A stretch of DNA of 64,000 nucleotides from a candidate division WOR-3 bacterium (GTDB lineage: Bacteria > Hydrothermota > Tepidihabitantia > B3-TA06), in NCBI GenBank assembly GCA_965649265.1, contig CBFGKC010000005.1:32001-96000 (forward strand), read 5' to 3'. The notes beneath the pieces are model-generated. The model had not been told where the DNA came from. It made no database searches and saw only the letters and a program-made list of their open reading frames with translations. Shown one piece after another: positions 50,623 to 59,741 of the stretch (position 1 is its first letter; each line of letters opens with the position of its first letter). The position numbers were made by a program, and so were the translations under genes.

Positions 50623-51546
50623 TTATTTTTTTCCTCCTTTTTCCTTGTATTTCAAGGCCAGATAGGCGTAGACTGTAACCCATTTGTTGGCCTGGCCGCG
50701 TTTCCCCGTCTTGAAATAGCATCTGGGAGGATCCCAATCAAGGACGTATCTCGATTCCTTGTCTTTTTTGGATTCGAATGCCTTCCACATATCATCGAGT
50801 TCAGGTCTCGTGCCGTAGCCCATCGCGGCCAAGGCGTATGCTGATTCAAGAAGATTGCTTCTCCAGTGAAACGGGAAAACCATGATATTTGAGCTTCTAT
50901 TTGCCGGAACCCCGGGGGAGTCCGTTCGGTAGATGGCGCCGCGGCGAAGGAAGTAGTCAACAAGTTTTCTCGAGCGTGGATGTCCCCACAAATCGGGGAG
51001 CATGGCGAACGCCATCAAGGCTTTGGTCGAACCGTTGATACAGCTTCTGACCGGACGGACCTTGCGCTTGCCCTCGTGCATATCGCACAGGTATCCGCCG
51101 TCGTGACGGGAGGTGGAAAGCATTAGCTCGACGGTTTTCCGGACGCGAGGATCATCACGATATCCGAGCATGATGAATGTCCTGATGTTGTATGCGTAAA
51201 GGCAGGACATGTGACGGCTGTAGTCTCCATCGGGCTTTGTGAGGCAAAGGTAGCGCTCAGCGGCCAGAGCCACGCGAGGGTCACTCTTATCTAAGCCGAG
51301 TTCAGCGAGAAATGACAGGTTGAAATGAGTGGTGATGAAGTCTACGTAGTCAACGTTCGCCCCTACCCCTTTATACTCCCAGTAACCGTCCGGATGCATC
51401 TTCGAGAAGATGCGCTCGGCCTGGTTACTTCCAGGGATCTGCGCTTTGAGCTTTCGGATGGTGGGAGCATCGGGGTTCTCATCCAGAAGCTCAACAAGGG
51501 TTCTGTAGCGAACCGAGGGGTTCTCCTCATCGAGAAGCCAGTCCAC
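50623..51546 (-). CDS. Prenyltransferase/squalene-cyclase-repeat-like protein
   Basis: WLL....PSVRY..L..LL, DG.W, DGG..C, KWVT..A..AL. Confidence 0.6.
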   Translation of the reverse strand: MDWLLDEENPSVRYRTLVELLDENPDAPTIRKLKAQIPGSNQAERIFSKMHPDGYWEYKGVGANVDYVDFITTHFNLSFLAELGLDKSDPRVALAAERYLCLTKPDGDYSRHMSCLYAYNIRTFIMLGYRDDPRVRKTVELMLSTSRHDGGYLCDMHEGKRKVRPVRSCINGSTKALMAFAMLPDLWGHPRSRKLVDYFLRRGAIYRTDSPGVPANRSSNIMVFPFHWRSNLLESAYALAAMGYGTRPELDDMWKAFESKKDKESRYVLDWDPPRCYFKTGKRGQANKWVTVYAYLALKYKEKGGKK

Positions 51547-51563
51547 GACCTGCTGATTGATGT

Positions 51564-51920
51564 CTAAGGGAGACGTGAATCCCTCCTTATCCCTTCGAGC
51601 GTCTGTCTTGCGCCAGGGGCCACGAACTCAAAGTGAACGTTGAGCTTGGCACAGACAAACTCTTCGCAGTGAGCACAGTTGGGGATCCCCCTCCCCCCCG
51701 CGCATCTGCGGATCGGACATTCTTGGCAGTAGGCGATGTGAGGTCCGTTAGGATTGGTGCATCCCAGGCAGTTGACATCTTCGGGGTTGAAGGTCCCCTC
51801 GAACATTTGTGACCACTTCTCCGCGACCTTCACGCGAAGCTCGTCGTCATCTTTGACGGTGGCGATGTAGGCTTCACATGCGGCACAGTCCATTCCACAG
51901 CAGGCGATATGTCTTTCCAT
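51564..51920 (-). CDS. DUF3795 Cys-rich protein
   Basis: CGMDCAAC, CLGC, CQEC.IRRCA, NCAHCEEFVC. Confidence 0.85.
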   Translation of the reverse strand: MERHIACCGMDCAACEAYIATVKDDDELRVKVAEKWSQMFEGTFNPEDVNCLGCTNPNGPHIAYCQECPIRRCAGGRGIPNCAHCEEFVCAKLNVHFEFVAPGARQTLEGIRRDSRLP

Positions 51921-51923
51921 GAC

Positions 51924-52268
51924 TTATTCAGAATTTTTCCGGATTTCTTCGAGCGTCTCGAAGGCTTGCGGCGCGCGCGAGTGAGATTGGATGAGCATCT
52001 CACAGCGGTAGTCTCCGCACGACGCGCAGTTTGCGAGACCCTTTTCGACATTGCACTTGCGTATCCCGCATCCCTCGCAGAAACCTATCCTCTTCCCATC
52101 CTGGGATGTGCAGCCGTCGCAGTCTACATCCCGGGGAGCAAGTTCGTACTCAGGGGTCGACCATATCTTTGCCAGTCTTTCGCGTTCCTCGTTATCGTCC
52201 CTCAGGGTCGCTTGAAACGCCGGACATTCAACACAATTAAGGCCACAAAAAGCCGTCATCTTTACCAT
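51924..52268 (-). CDS. DUF3795 Cys-rich protein
   Basis: CGLNCVEC, CDGC, CEGC.IRKC, NCASC.DYRC. Confidence 0.85.
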   Translation of the reverse strand: MVKMTAFCGLNCVECPAFQATLRDDNEERERLAKIWSTPEYELAPRDVDCDGCTSQDGKRIGFCEGCGIRKCNVEKGLANCASCGDYRCEMLIQSHSRAPQAFETLEEIRKNSE

Positions 52269-52285
52269 ACCTTCTCCTTATCTGG

Positions 52286-52325
52286 TTTGTATACAAAAGC
52301 GTACTTAAAAAAAGCAATTTGTCAA
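52286..52325 (-). promoter_or_regulatory. Promoter plus TTTGTATACAAA operator (DUF3795 unit B)
   Basis: TTGACA-N16-TACGCT then perfect 12-bp palindrome. Confidence 0.65.
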
Positions 52326-52443
52326 CCCCCTCTCGAAAGGTAGTGGCGGATGACGTTTCACCGGCCGGATGGGTATCCACATGAAGGGCGGGGTAAAAAC
52401 TACCCCGCCCTTAACCTGGGAAAGCCATGTGAGATTTACAGGA

Positions 52444-54693
52444 TTAAGTCTCCACAAGTGCGAAACTCGAGTTGTCGGAGGCCTCGTATGCGCGAATTCT
52501 CGAGTGCCCGTCTCGCGTCCGCGGGTAGGTTTCGAGCCTTACCGAAAACGCGCATTTACCGTAAGTATCCAGGAGGTCTTTGACTTTGAACGAATATACT
52601 GCCGGCGTCGGGGCCGAGACCGTAGAACTGAAATACCCCTCCTGGGTACCAGAGATTCCGCGTCGTACCGTCAGCACGTAATTGTAGAGGAAATTGTACG
52701 ATGGGGTCGGATGGTATGCTTCATATTCAATATCCACGTTGTCGTTCGCCTTGTCCGAATAGCCGAGGAACTGGCATTCAAGCGCCTTCAACCCGTTTAG
52801 CGCTATTGATTTTATATCGGCCACGGTCGCCTTGTTGTCCACATGGATATGGCAAATCAAGCTTCCGTCCGCCTCAACGAATAAGCTGTCGTCAACTACC
52901 CCTACCGCGGCGGTAGGCAGAACGAACTTGAAACCTGCGGCTGAAGGTATCAGTTTGTTGCCGTCCTTGTCGAACACTTCAAGACAGAGATCGTATTTAC
53001 CGTCAGACACCAGGGATACGTATCTTCCCTGCGAAGCGTCCCATATTGCCGTATTCCAGATTGCATATGCAAGATCGTCCCTGTTAGCCAGCCAGTTTTT
53101 GGCCGGGTCCGGGACCGCGAACATGTTGTTTTCGTTCGGACCCAGGGTCTCGCCGATAATGGCATACTTTCCCGGTGAAACGGGCGCTATGTATCTGTGT
53201 ACGATCGGCGTATCGATAGCGCTCCAGTTCGTTGTGCCGTGCTTACGGTAAGACCAGCGGTAGAATCGCACCCCATTGCTTGCGGAAATCAGGGTGCGCA
53301 GTCTCGGGTCGAGCTGCATCCTTATGTCGAGCCTGGTGCCGTAGGGATCAGTGCCGTTGTAAAGCCCGCAAGCGGCAGGAAGGGGCGTCGCGGGATCGCA
53401 ATGAGCTTTGATGTGCGCCTGATTCACGCTGTACCATTCGTCCTCGTAGATACCCATAGGCATGATGTATGCATCGGTGATGTTCAAGGGGACGTCATGC
53501 TGGCATACAACCGTATCGGGGTGAGTTACGTGCAAGTGAACCGGGTGCCCGCTCGGATGATTCCAGTATGTGTTGCAGGGAACCGGGTAGCGGTTGTATA
53601 TTACCTTTTCGACTCCGTTGATGTTTTGTTTTACCTTGAACCAGAGATCGGGAATGTCGTCACTGCACAGGGAAACGTATATCTGCTTGTGGAAGCTGCC
53701 GTCGGGCTGGAGTTCCGCGGTACCCAGAAGCTGGCGGCTGTAGTACCTGCACCACCACCACCAGTAGTAGTAAATCCACGGGTACCAGCACAACCAGTAC
53801 CTGAAGGCCTGAAATTTGTCTATCAGAAGATTCCTGAACTGCTCAGTGGTTGTGTCGATTATCTGGGCGACCTTGACCCCTTCCACCGGCTCACTGGCAA
53901 GAAAGGCGCGTCTCTCGTCCAGAGTCTTTTTCTCGATCTCGATACGCATCATCTCCCTTGTCAACGGGAGATTTCCCTGTCTCTCTTTGGCAAAATTCCA
54001 TTCCTTCGGCAGCGATTTCAGTTTTGCGGCCACTATTTCATCTATCTTCTCGACAGTGGTCGGACCCTTGGGTGGAACGGGGGGCTGCGGTGGAGTCCCG
54101 CACCAGTCGTCATCCCAGCTTTCCATCTCCGACCATTCCGCGGGAATGTCCTTTATTTGAACGAGAGGCGATTTCCGGATCACGTCTATTATGCCGTCCC
54201 TTATTCTTTCTATCACAAAGGGCGGAAGGCGTCTGAAACAAGGCCATATTTCTACGTCGTAGATCTCTACCTCGCCGAAGCAGACAGGTATTCCGTCCTT
54301 TTCGACCGTTCCTGCGACAACGTAAGGGACCAAAATCCAGCAGTGCCACAGCTGCCAGGGTATTACGAACTCCAGATTATGTTCGCCTGGAGAACCTTCC
54401 ACCTTTTGTGTCGGGTTTTTCCCTAACGGCTCGAGATTTTTGACGTTTTCATTTTCCGGCGCGATCATGACGACGTAAAAACCTCGTATGGCTTCAACTT
54501 CAATTTTCATGCTGCCTGACGGGGGCTTCCCCTGCGTGGTTTTGAGAGGTTTTTGAACAACCAGACGACCTGAGGGATCAAAAACGTATACCGCAATGCC
54601 GGGCTGCCTCTCTTGCTTTGGCCACTCTTTTTCGTCTTTGGGTCCCTGGAACTCTACGGAGATTCCCAGGATACATAGTTCTCGCGGGTTCAT
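52444..54693 (-). CDS. Large hypothetical protein
   Basis: 749-aa ORF, AAGGAGG RBS, promoter TTGACA-N16-TATACT at 54830-54857; no family recognised. Confidence 0.75.
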   Translation of the reverse strand: MNPRELCILGISVEFQGPKDEKEWPKQERQPGIAVYVFDPSGRLVVQKPLKTTQGKPPSGSMKIEVEAIRGFYVVMIAPENENVKNLEPLGKNPTQKVEGSPGEHNLEFVIPWQLWHCWILVPYVVAGTVEKDGIPVCFGEVEIYDVEIWPCFRRLPPFVIERIRDGIIDVIRKSPLVQIKDIPAEWSEMESWDDDWCGTPPQPPVPPKGPTTVEKIDEIVAAKLKSLPKEWNFAKERQGNLPLTREMMRIEIEKKTLDERRAFLASEPVEGVKVAQIIDTTTEQFRNLLIDKFQAFRYWLCWYPWIYYYWWWWCRYYSRQLLGTAELQPDGSFHKQIYVSLCSDDIPDLWFKVKQNINGVEKVIYNRYPVPCNTYWNHPSGHPVHLHVTHPDTVVCQHDVPLNITDAYIMPMGIYEDEWYSVNQAHIKAHCDPATPLPAACGLYNGTDPYGTRLDIRMQLDPRLRTLISASNGVRFYRWSYRKHGTTNWSAIDTPIVHRYIAPVSPGKYAIIGETLGPNENNMFAVPDPAKNWLANRDDLAYAIWNTAIWDASQGRYVSLVSDGKYDLCLEVFDKDGNKLIPSAAGFKFVLPTAAVGVVDDSLFVEADGSLICHIHVDNKATVADIKSIALNGLKALECQFLGYSDKANDNVDIEYEAYHPTPSYNFLYNYVLTVRRGISGTQEGYFSSTVSAPTPAVYSFKVKDLLDTYGKCAFSVRLETYPRTRDGHSRIRAYEASDNSSFALVET

Positions 54694-54961
54694 TAATCCT
54701 CCTTCGTTACATACTTATCACTTACTCTCCTCAGTTGTGACAGATAAAGGATTTCTTGATTAAACCTCTACTGCGGTACGTTAAAGTTTTCTTGTGACAT
54801 TTAACGAGCCATAACCTCCTTTTAAAAAAAGTATAGAAAAATCTTTCTATTTGTCAAGTCCTTACTCTAGTACCGTCTTTTGTTTTAATCGGTCTGCCGA
54901 GGGACATTCAGGCAATCAGAATCCACGTTTGACAATCTCTGAACTTCTTTTATCATTCTTC

Positions 54962-55990
54962 ATGACACCTGAAATAAGATTGCGCAAATACGAACCCTCT
55001 GATTTTCTGCGCGTGAGGGATTTTCTCGCCGAGAATTACCTGAAGTTCCCGGAGCCGGTCAACTGGGACATGGTTCGCTGGAACTACTCACGCTACTTTA
55101 TTGCGCCCATGATTGGGGCCTGGGGAATCGGCGAGGTTGATGAAAAGATACCGGATGCCACCGGCAAGAGGAGCATGGAGTCTATCCGCTTCTGGGAATC
55201 GTCCATCGGGGTGTGGAAGACGGAGGACGGAGAGATAGCGGGCGTGGTCTGCCCTGAGGAATACGCACCCTGGCATAACGCTTTCGGCAGGGCATACCTC
55301 CAGCGATGCCCCGATTGCGACCATCTCCTGCCCGAGATGCTCGAGTACGCGGAGAGAACGTTTCGCGGCACCCGTAACACCCGTAACACCCGTAACACCC
55401 CTGACTCCCCTGACACACTAGATACACGAAACACAAGGATTTACGTGGCTGAGCATGACATGGCGCTCAACGAAGCTGCCGAGGCGAGAGGATTCGTAAG
55501 GGATGAAGAGCCTTGCATAGACTATATGGAGTACGATCTTGCCGATATTCCCGAGACAACCCTCCCCCCTGGATACCGGTTCGTCTCCATGGCCGAGAAC
55601 AACGACATCGAAAAACGCAGAAAGGTGTTCGGGCTTTCATTCTGGCATCCCGATCCGAACGACTGGCCGACCGCCTACTCATACGAAGAGTTTCAGAAGG
55701 CCCCCGACTACCGCAAAGAGCTGGACCTGGTCATCGAGCGACCGGATGGTGAATGGGTTGCCTGCACAGTCGCCTGGTTTGATGAGTACAACGGCGTTGG
55801 AACGTTAGAGCACGTGGGCGCCGTTCAGCTGGGCATGGGCCGGGAGGTGGTCCTGGAAGGCTTAAGGAGGCTGCGAGACCTGGGTGCCCGGACCGCCCAC
55901 ATGGACTCCGACCTCAGGTTCTACAAAAAAGCAGGATTCAAGAAGCGCTTTTCGATATACAGATGGGTGAAAACCCATAACTACCGATAA
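54962..55990 (+). CDS. GNAT-type acetyltransferase
   Basis: Y..ELDLV...PDG...A....W.D....G.LE.VG, GMGR.VV.EGL.RL, FY.K.GF; promoter TTGACA-N16-TATCAT 5 nt before ATG. Confidence 0.75.
   Translation: MTPEIRLRKYEPSDFLRVRDFLAENYLKFPEPVNWDMVRWNYSRYFIAPMIGAWGIGEVDEKIPDATGKRSMESIRFWESSIGVWKTEDGEIAGVVCPEEYAPWHNAFGRAYLQRCPDCDHLLPEMLEYAERTFRGTRNTRNTRNTPDSPDTLDTRNTRIYVAEHDMALNEAAEARGFVRDEEPCIDYMEYDLADIPETTLPPGYRFVSMAENNDIEKRRKVFGLSFWHPDPNDWPTAYSYEEFQKAPDYRKELDLVIERPDGEWVACTVAWFDEYNGVGTLEHVGAVQLGMGREVVLEGLRRLRDLGARTAHMDSDLRFYKKAGFKKRFSIYRWVKTHNYR
55369..55440 (+). repeat. Intragenic 9-bp tandem repeat
   Basis: CACCCGTAA x3 followed by five progressively degenerate 9-mers. Confidence 0.85.
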
Positions 55991-56033
55991 AACATACTTA
56001 ATGAAGCGCCGTGCCGCAGCCTTAGAATCTCTT

Positions 56034-57812
56034 TTATCTCAGCTCTAATACTCCGTATCTCTTCGGGTCGTACGATATCGGCACCATCCAGTCTGCAGAG
56101 GTGGAGAGCCTTGCCTGTTTGCGCCTGAAATTGAGACCCAGCTTCGAACCGGACTCAGACGTCGCGCCGAGTTCGCTCAGCGGGATTCGCGCCTCCATGC
56201 TCCAGTAATCTTTGCCCTTCATGGTTTTGATTTCGTACTCGCCGTTCCATGAGGCGTCGGCATCCGCGGAGCCCCCGGATACGGTTATTTTCTGATCGAA
56301 CACGGTCCCCAGGGGATTCATGTATATCTGGTAGATGACCCCGGTATCAGGGGAGAGGAAGTATCCGACGCAGTCTTCCCTGTATACCTCGCCGTCCCGC
56401 GCGGTTGCTTTTGCCGCAAGCGAGTCCATGTTTGATTCCTTGCAGTAGGCGGCAAGGTAGAGATTGTCCTTGTCGAAGGCGAACCAGAAGCGCGTGGAAT
56501 CTGTTCCTGAAGATTTGCCGCTCGGCGTGAAAAGCCTTGTGACCGGTGTCTGCCACGCAGCGTCCGTGAGCGCCCCGTCGATAACGGGCGCGCTTTCGGC
56601 CTTCGTGATCGGAGCCGTGCGTGAGAGTACGAGGGATTTGTTGACGGGGTAGCTCCTGCCCTCCCTGTACGGGAACGAGAACGAAACCGAGGGCGCCGGG
56701 TATATGTCGCCCTTATTTTTTAAGACGAATCTGAACGTGTCCTCTGCGCCGGGCTCCAGCGCGAGGAGGAGGGAGGAGGGTGAGGAGGACGACGTGGACG
56801 ACGAGGGCGAGGAGGGCTCCACACTCCAGTCGTCGGAGGTTTCCCAGCGCAGGGTGTCTTTCAGCGTCACCCCGCCGGAGGGGTTCTTTATCACGAGGAC
56901 GACCTGGGAGTCCTTCAGCCCAAGGTCCTCGCTTATAGGGAGGGGACCCTCAAAGGTCACGCAAGAGGAGACGAAATAGTCGATTGCCTTGATGTCGCGG
57001 GCCTGCAGTTCGTCCCAGGGCAGTACCGAACCGAGTCTTATGGGTGCGATACCGATGCCCTCATCGTCCACCGTAACCCATGTGAAATGGTACCCCAGAC
57101 CTGTAGGACCGGTCTCGGCCTGTCCTCCGGAGCTTCCTACCGCCGTGTAGAGGATATTGTCGTATTTGTCGGAGTAATAAAGATGATTGTGCCCGTTGAA
57201 TACCGCGTCCACACCATACTTGCGGAAAAGGCTGTGCAAGGTATCGGGCTTGCCCTGAGCCAGGGACTCGAACCAGAAAGGCTTGTGGAAGAAAACGAGC
57301 GTATAGCGTGCGTTGCGGTTCTTTGCGAGATCGGACTCCAGCCAGGAAAGCTCTGTGCCCGGAAGCTTGTCTGACGATTCCCAGCGGGTGTTGTCGAGAA
57401 CGATGAAATGCAGCCCCTCATGGTCGAACGAATAATAGGGCTTTCCCACCTCGCGCTCGAAAGTGCTCAAGGCCGAATCGGTCGTTATGTCGTGGTTGCC
57501 TGGGGTGAGATGGACGGGCATTGTCAGGGGCGCGATGATCGACTTGAATTCCTTCCATTCGCTTTCGAGTTCCACCGTATCGTTCGTATAACCCTCGATG
57601 GCGTCACCAACCGTCATGACGAAATCGGGCCTGAGCCTTGCTATCTCGGAGACTATCTGTTCATAGATTCCGGGCATGTTCCCGCCCGTCCGGTCGCCGA
57701 TGATTGCAAAGTGCACGCTGGGCTCACTCTTTTTAGCTTGACCGGCGGAAAAAAAACCTGCAGCGATCACGAGAAAAAGGACCGGTAACAATACTTTCTT
57801 TTCAGGATTCAC
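56034..57812 (-). CDS. Secreted calcineurin-like metallophosphoesterase with C-terminal CBM9-like domain
   Basis: GD, GDA, PGNHD, FFH.P, GHNH motifs; P.IDG.L.DAAW, D.DNLY, W..E..IP..ELG. Confidence 0.85.
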   Translation of the reverse strand: MNPEKKVLLPVLFLVIAAGFFSAGQAKKSEPSVHFAIIGDRTGGNMPGIYEQIVSEIARLRPDFVMTVGDAIEGYTNDTVELESEWKEFKSIIAPLTMPVHLTPGNHDITTDSALSTFEREVGKPYYSFDHEGLHFIVLDNTRWESSDKLPGTELSWLESDLAKNRNARYTLVFFHKPFWFESLAQGKPDTLHSLFRKYGVDAVFNGHNHLYYSDKYDNILYTAVGSSGGQAETGPTGLGYHFTWVTVDDEGIGIAPIRLGSVLPWDELQARDIKAIDYFVSSCVTFEGPLPISEDLGLKDSQVVLVIKNPSGGVTLKDTLRWETSDDWSVEPSSPSSSTSSSSPSSLLLALEPGAEDTFRFVLKNKGDIYPAPSVSFSFPYREGRSYPVNKSLVLSRTAPITKAESAPVIDGALTDAAWQTPVTRLFTPSGKSSGTDSTRFWFAFDKDNLYLAAYCKESNMDSLAAKATARDGEVYREDCVGYFLSPDTGVIYQIYMNPLGTVFDQKITVSGGSADADASWNGEYEIKTMKGKDYWSMEARIPLSELGATSESGSKLGLNFRRKQARLSTSADWMVPISYDPKRYGVLELR

Positions 57813-57982
57813 TCTTCCTCCTTGGAGATATATTAACACTATTTTTTTGGAATTTGTTTACTGCTTGAATACTATCTGTAATAGAGCAAATGTCAATGTG
57901 AAACCACTGCCACCCTTATCGCGCGTTAAGAAGCCGAACCTGACTCGTAACTATTATCTTTATCAGATCTTCAGGGATTGGA

Positions 57983-58870
57983 TCACTTTCTATCATCTGC
58001 TTGATGCGTCCACGCATCCACCGCACCGCAGGCGGTGCTGAACACGACGTCGTTCCATGAAGCTATCTCGGAATAAAGCCTGCACCAGCCGTCAATAACA
58101 TTGTGATTTACCCCGCCTCCTTTTCTTTGCACCATACACTCCCACGGATGCCAGAAGAACTGAACTATGTCCACAGCAACCTCATGCCGGTGCTCCCACA
58201 GCTTGCGGAAGGAGTCGATGAACCTCGCGGTATCCTCCCCGATACCTTCGTAGGAGAGGAAGACAGGGATTTCGACTACGGGGGAGGCCCCGGGTTCCCA
58301 TATCTTATCGTAGTCGGGATGGTACGGCCTGAACGCCCTGTGGTCATCCCGGTCCCTGTGCGAGGAATCCTGAACCATCAGATCCTTCACCTGAGGGTGG
58401 TTGACGACCCCGCAGTCTACGAGAACGCCTGTGTCGATCTCAATTCTTGCCTCTTCCAAAGCGCGGAATATCGGGCCGTTCAGATAGAACCATGCCGGGG
58501 CATGTGTTTTTGGATAGGGGAGCCCCTGCGACTCGACCTTCTCAGCATTTTTCTTGAAGAATTTCGGCTGCTCCCTCGGGTCGCCGGCGTGAGTGTGAAT
58601 GCCTATCTCGTCTCCGAGCTTGAACCTTTCAAGGAAGAATTCTTTTCGGACGTCTATTATGTCCGGACTATCGGTGCCGGTCACAGGCCCCTTCTGGCCG
58701 TTGCCGAAGTACAGGCACCACGTAATCGGTATCTTCATACCTCGCTCGGCTTCGATTTTTCCGAACCTTTCTAGGAGCAGGGCCGTTCCCTCATCCAGAC
58801 CTGTATACTCGTCGTCCCACCAGTTGTGCTCGGTGTGAACGACGTTGATGACGTGCATTTTCCCCATCAT
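57983..58870 (-). CDS. Polysaccharide deacetylase-like protein
   Basis: GDEIGIHTH, PYHP, EIPV, F.HPWE. Confidence 0.55.
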   Translation of the reverse strand: MMGKMHVINVVHTEHNWWDDEYTGLDEGTALLLERFGKIEAERGMKIPITWCLYFGNGQKGPVTGTDSPDIIDVRKEFFLERFKLGDEIGIHTHAGDPREQPKFFKKNAEKVESQGLPYPKTHAPAWFYLNGPIFRALEEARIEIDTGVLVDCGVVNHPQVKDLMVQDSSHRDRDDHRAFRPYHPDYDKIWEPGASPVVEIPVFLSYEGIGEDTARFIDSFRKLWEHRHEVAVDIVQFFWHPWECMVQRKGGGVNHNVIDGWCRLYSEIASWNDVVFSTACGAVDAWTHQADDRK

Positions 58871-58998
58871 AAACTCCTATGTCGTTCATGATTGAATTCA
58901 TCCGTTGAATCCGACGGCTCGATTAAAGATATTGCCGATAAAAAAATTCTAGACGAATTAACTACTTTGTCAACTTATGGGAGATATTTGATGCGGTC

Positions 58999-59031
58999 TT
59001 CGGAGAAGGGGCTACGAGCCCCTTCTCCGAA
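58999..59031 (-). terminator. Hairpin downstream of the VOC gene
   Basis: 15-bp stem TTCGGAGAAGGGGCT/AGCCCCTTCTCCGAA. Confidence 0.65.
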
Positions 59032-59039
59032 ATTTAAAT

Positions 59040-59408
59040 TTACTTCACACTCATGTCGGGCTCGATCATCCCGAACTCGTTGCCCTCCGTATCCTCAAAG
59101 TACGCTATCCAGCCCACCCCGGGTATGGAGTTCTTTGCCCGGACTATCTTGCCGCCCGAGCGCTCTACCTTCTTTATGGATTCGTCCAGGTTCTCAACGC
59201 CCAGGGTGTTGACCGAGGAGCCCTTCATGACCTCGCCTTTTGCGAGGCCTCCGTCTATTCCCATCTGGTTCTTTTCGCCGGTCGTGATGAGCCAGTAGTC
59301 GAAGGGCCCGTTCCATTTCTCGAAAGACCAGCCGAACGCTTCCTTGAAGAATTTCATTGCCCTTTCAGGATCCGTCGCGTTAATCTCGAAGTGAACTACT
59401 CTAGCCAT
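59040..59408 (-). CDS. VOC / glyoxalase family protein
   Basis: VVHFEI...DPERA..F....FGW, GIDGG, IPGVG..AYF.DTEGN. Confidence 0.92.
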   Translation of the reverse strand: MARVVHFEINATDPERAMKFFKEAFGWSFEKWNGPFDYWLITTGEKNQMGIDGGLAKGEVMKGSSVNTLGVENLDESIKKVERSGGKIVRAKNSIPGVGWIAYFEDTEGNEFGMIEPDMSVK

Positions 59409-59741
59409 TTCGGCCTCCTTTTGCTCTGAAATTTATACAATTATTATAGGGATTATCCACTATCTGTCAAGTAATTCAAGGAAAGAGGGATGGATATCAG
59501 CTTGGTCACTACCTCGCAGGACATCCCTTCGTTGAAAAAACGGAGTATCCCGGCATCAATCGCTAACCCGTCTCGATCAAATACCCGAAAGTAAAACTTT
59601 ATTTTACATCACCCAACTCAAATCAATACCCCATGAAAGGTCCCCCAGGATTTGTTCAAATGCTCGGTAAAGAGGAGTGAAATCTTCTCCGCTTGCTCAA
59701 CTTATACGTTTACGTACGTTATACATGGATGGGAGTAAGGA

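Noticed and set aside
53197-54426. 409-aa plus-strand ORF
   Set aside because: Fully antisense to the 749-aa ORF that has a strong RBS and promoter.
54768-54820. AGGAGG followed by mini-ORFs MAR* and MSQENFNVPQ* in the leader of the 749-aa gene
   Set aside because: SD spacing is poor for both starts and neither is coupled to the downstream gene.
55369-55440. Tandem repeats as a CRISPR array
   Set aside because: 9-bp units without spacers, inside a CDS, and no cas genes.
47603-59031. Two terminator-like hairpins both begin with CGGAGAAGGGG
   Set aside because: Only two instances of an 11-bp purine-rich word; not enough to call a repeat family.
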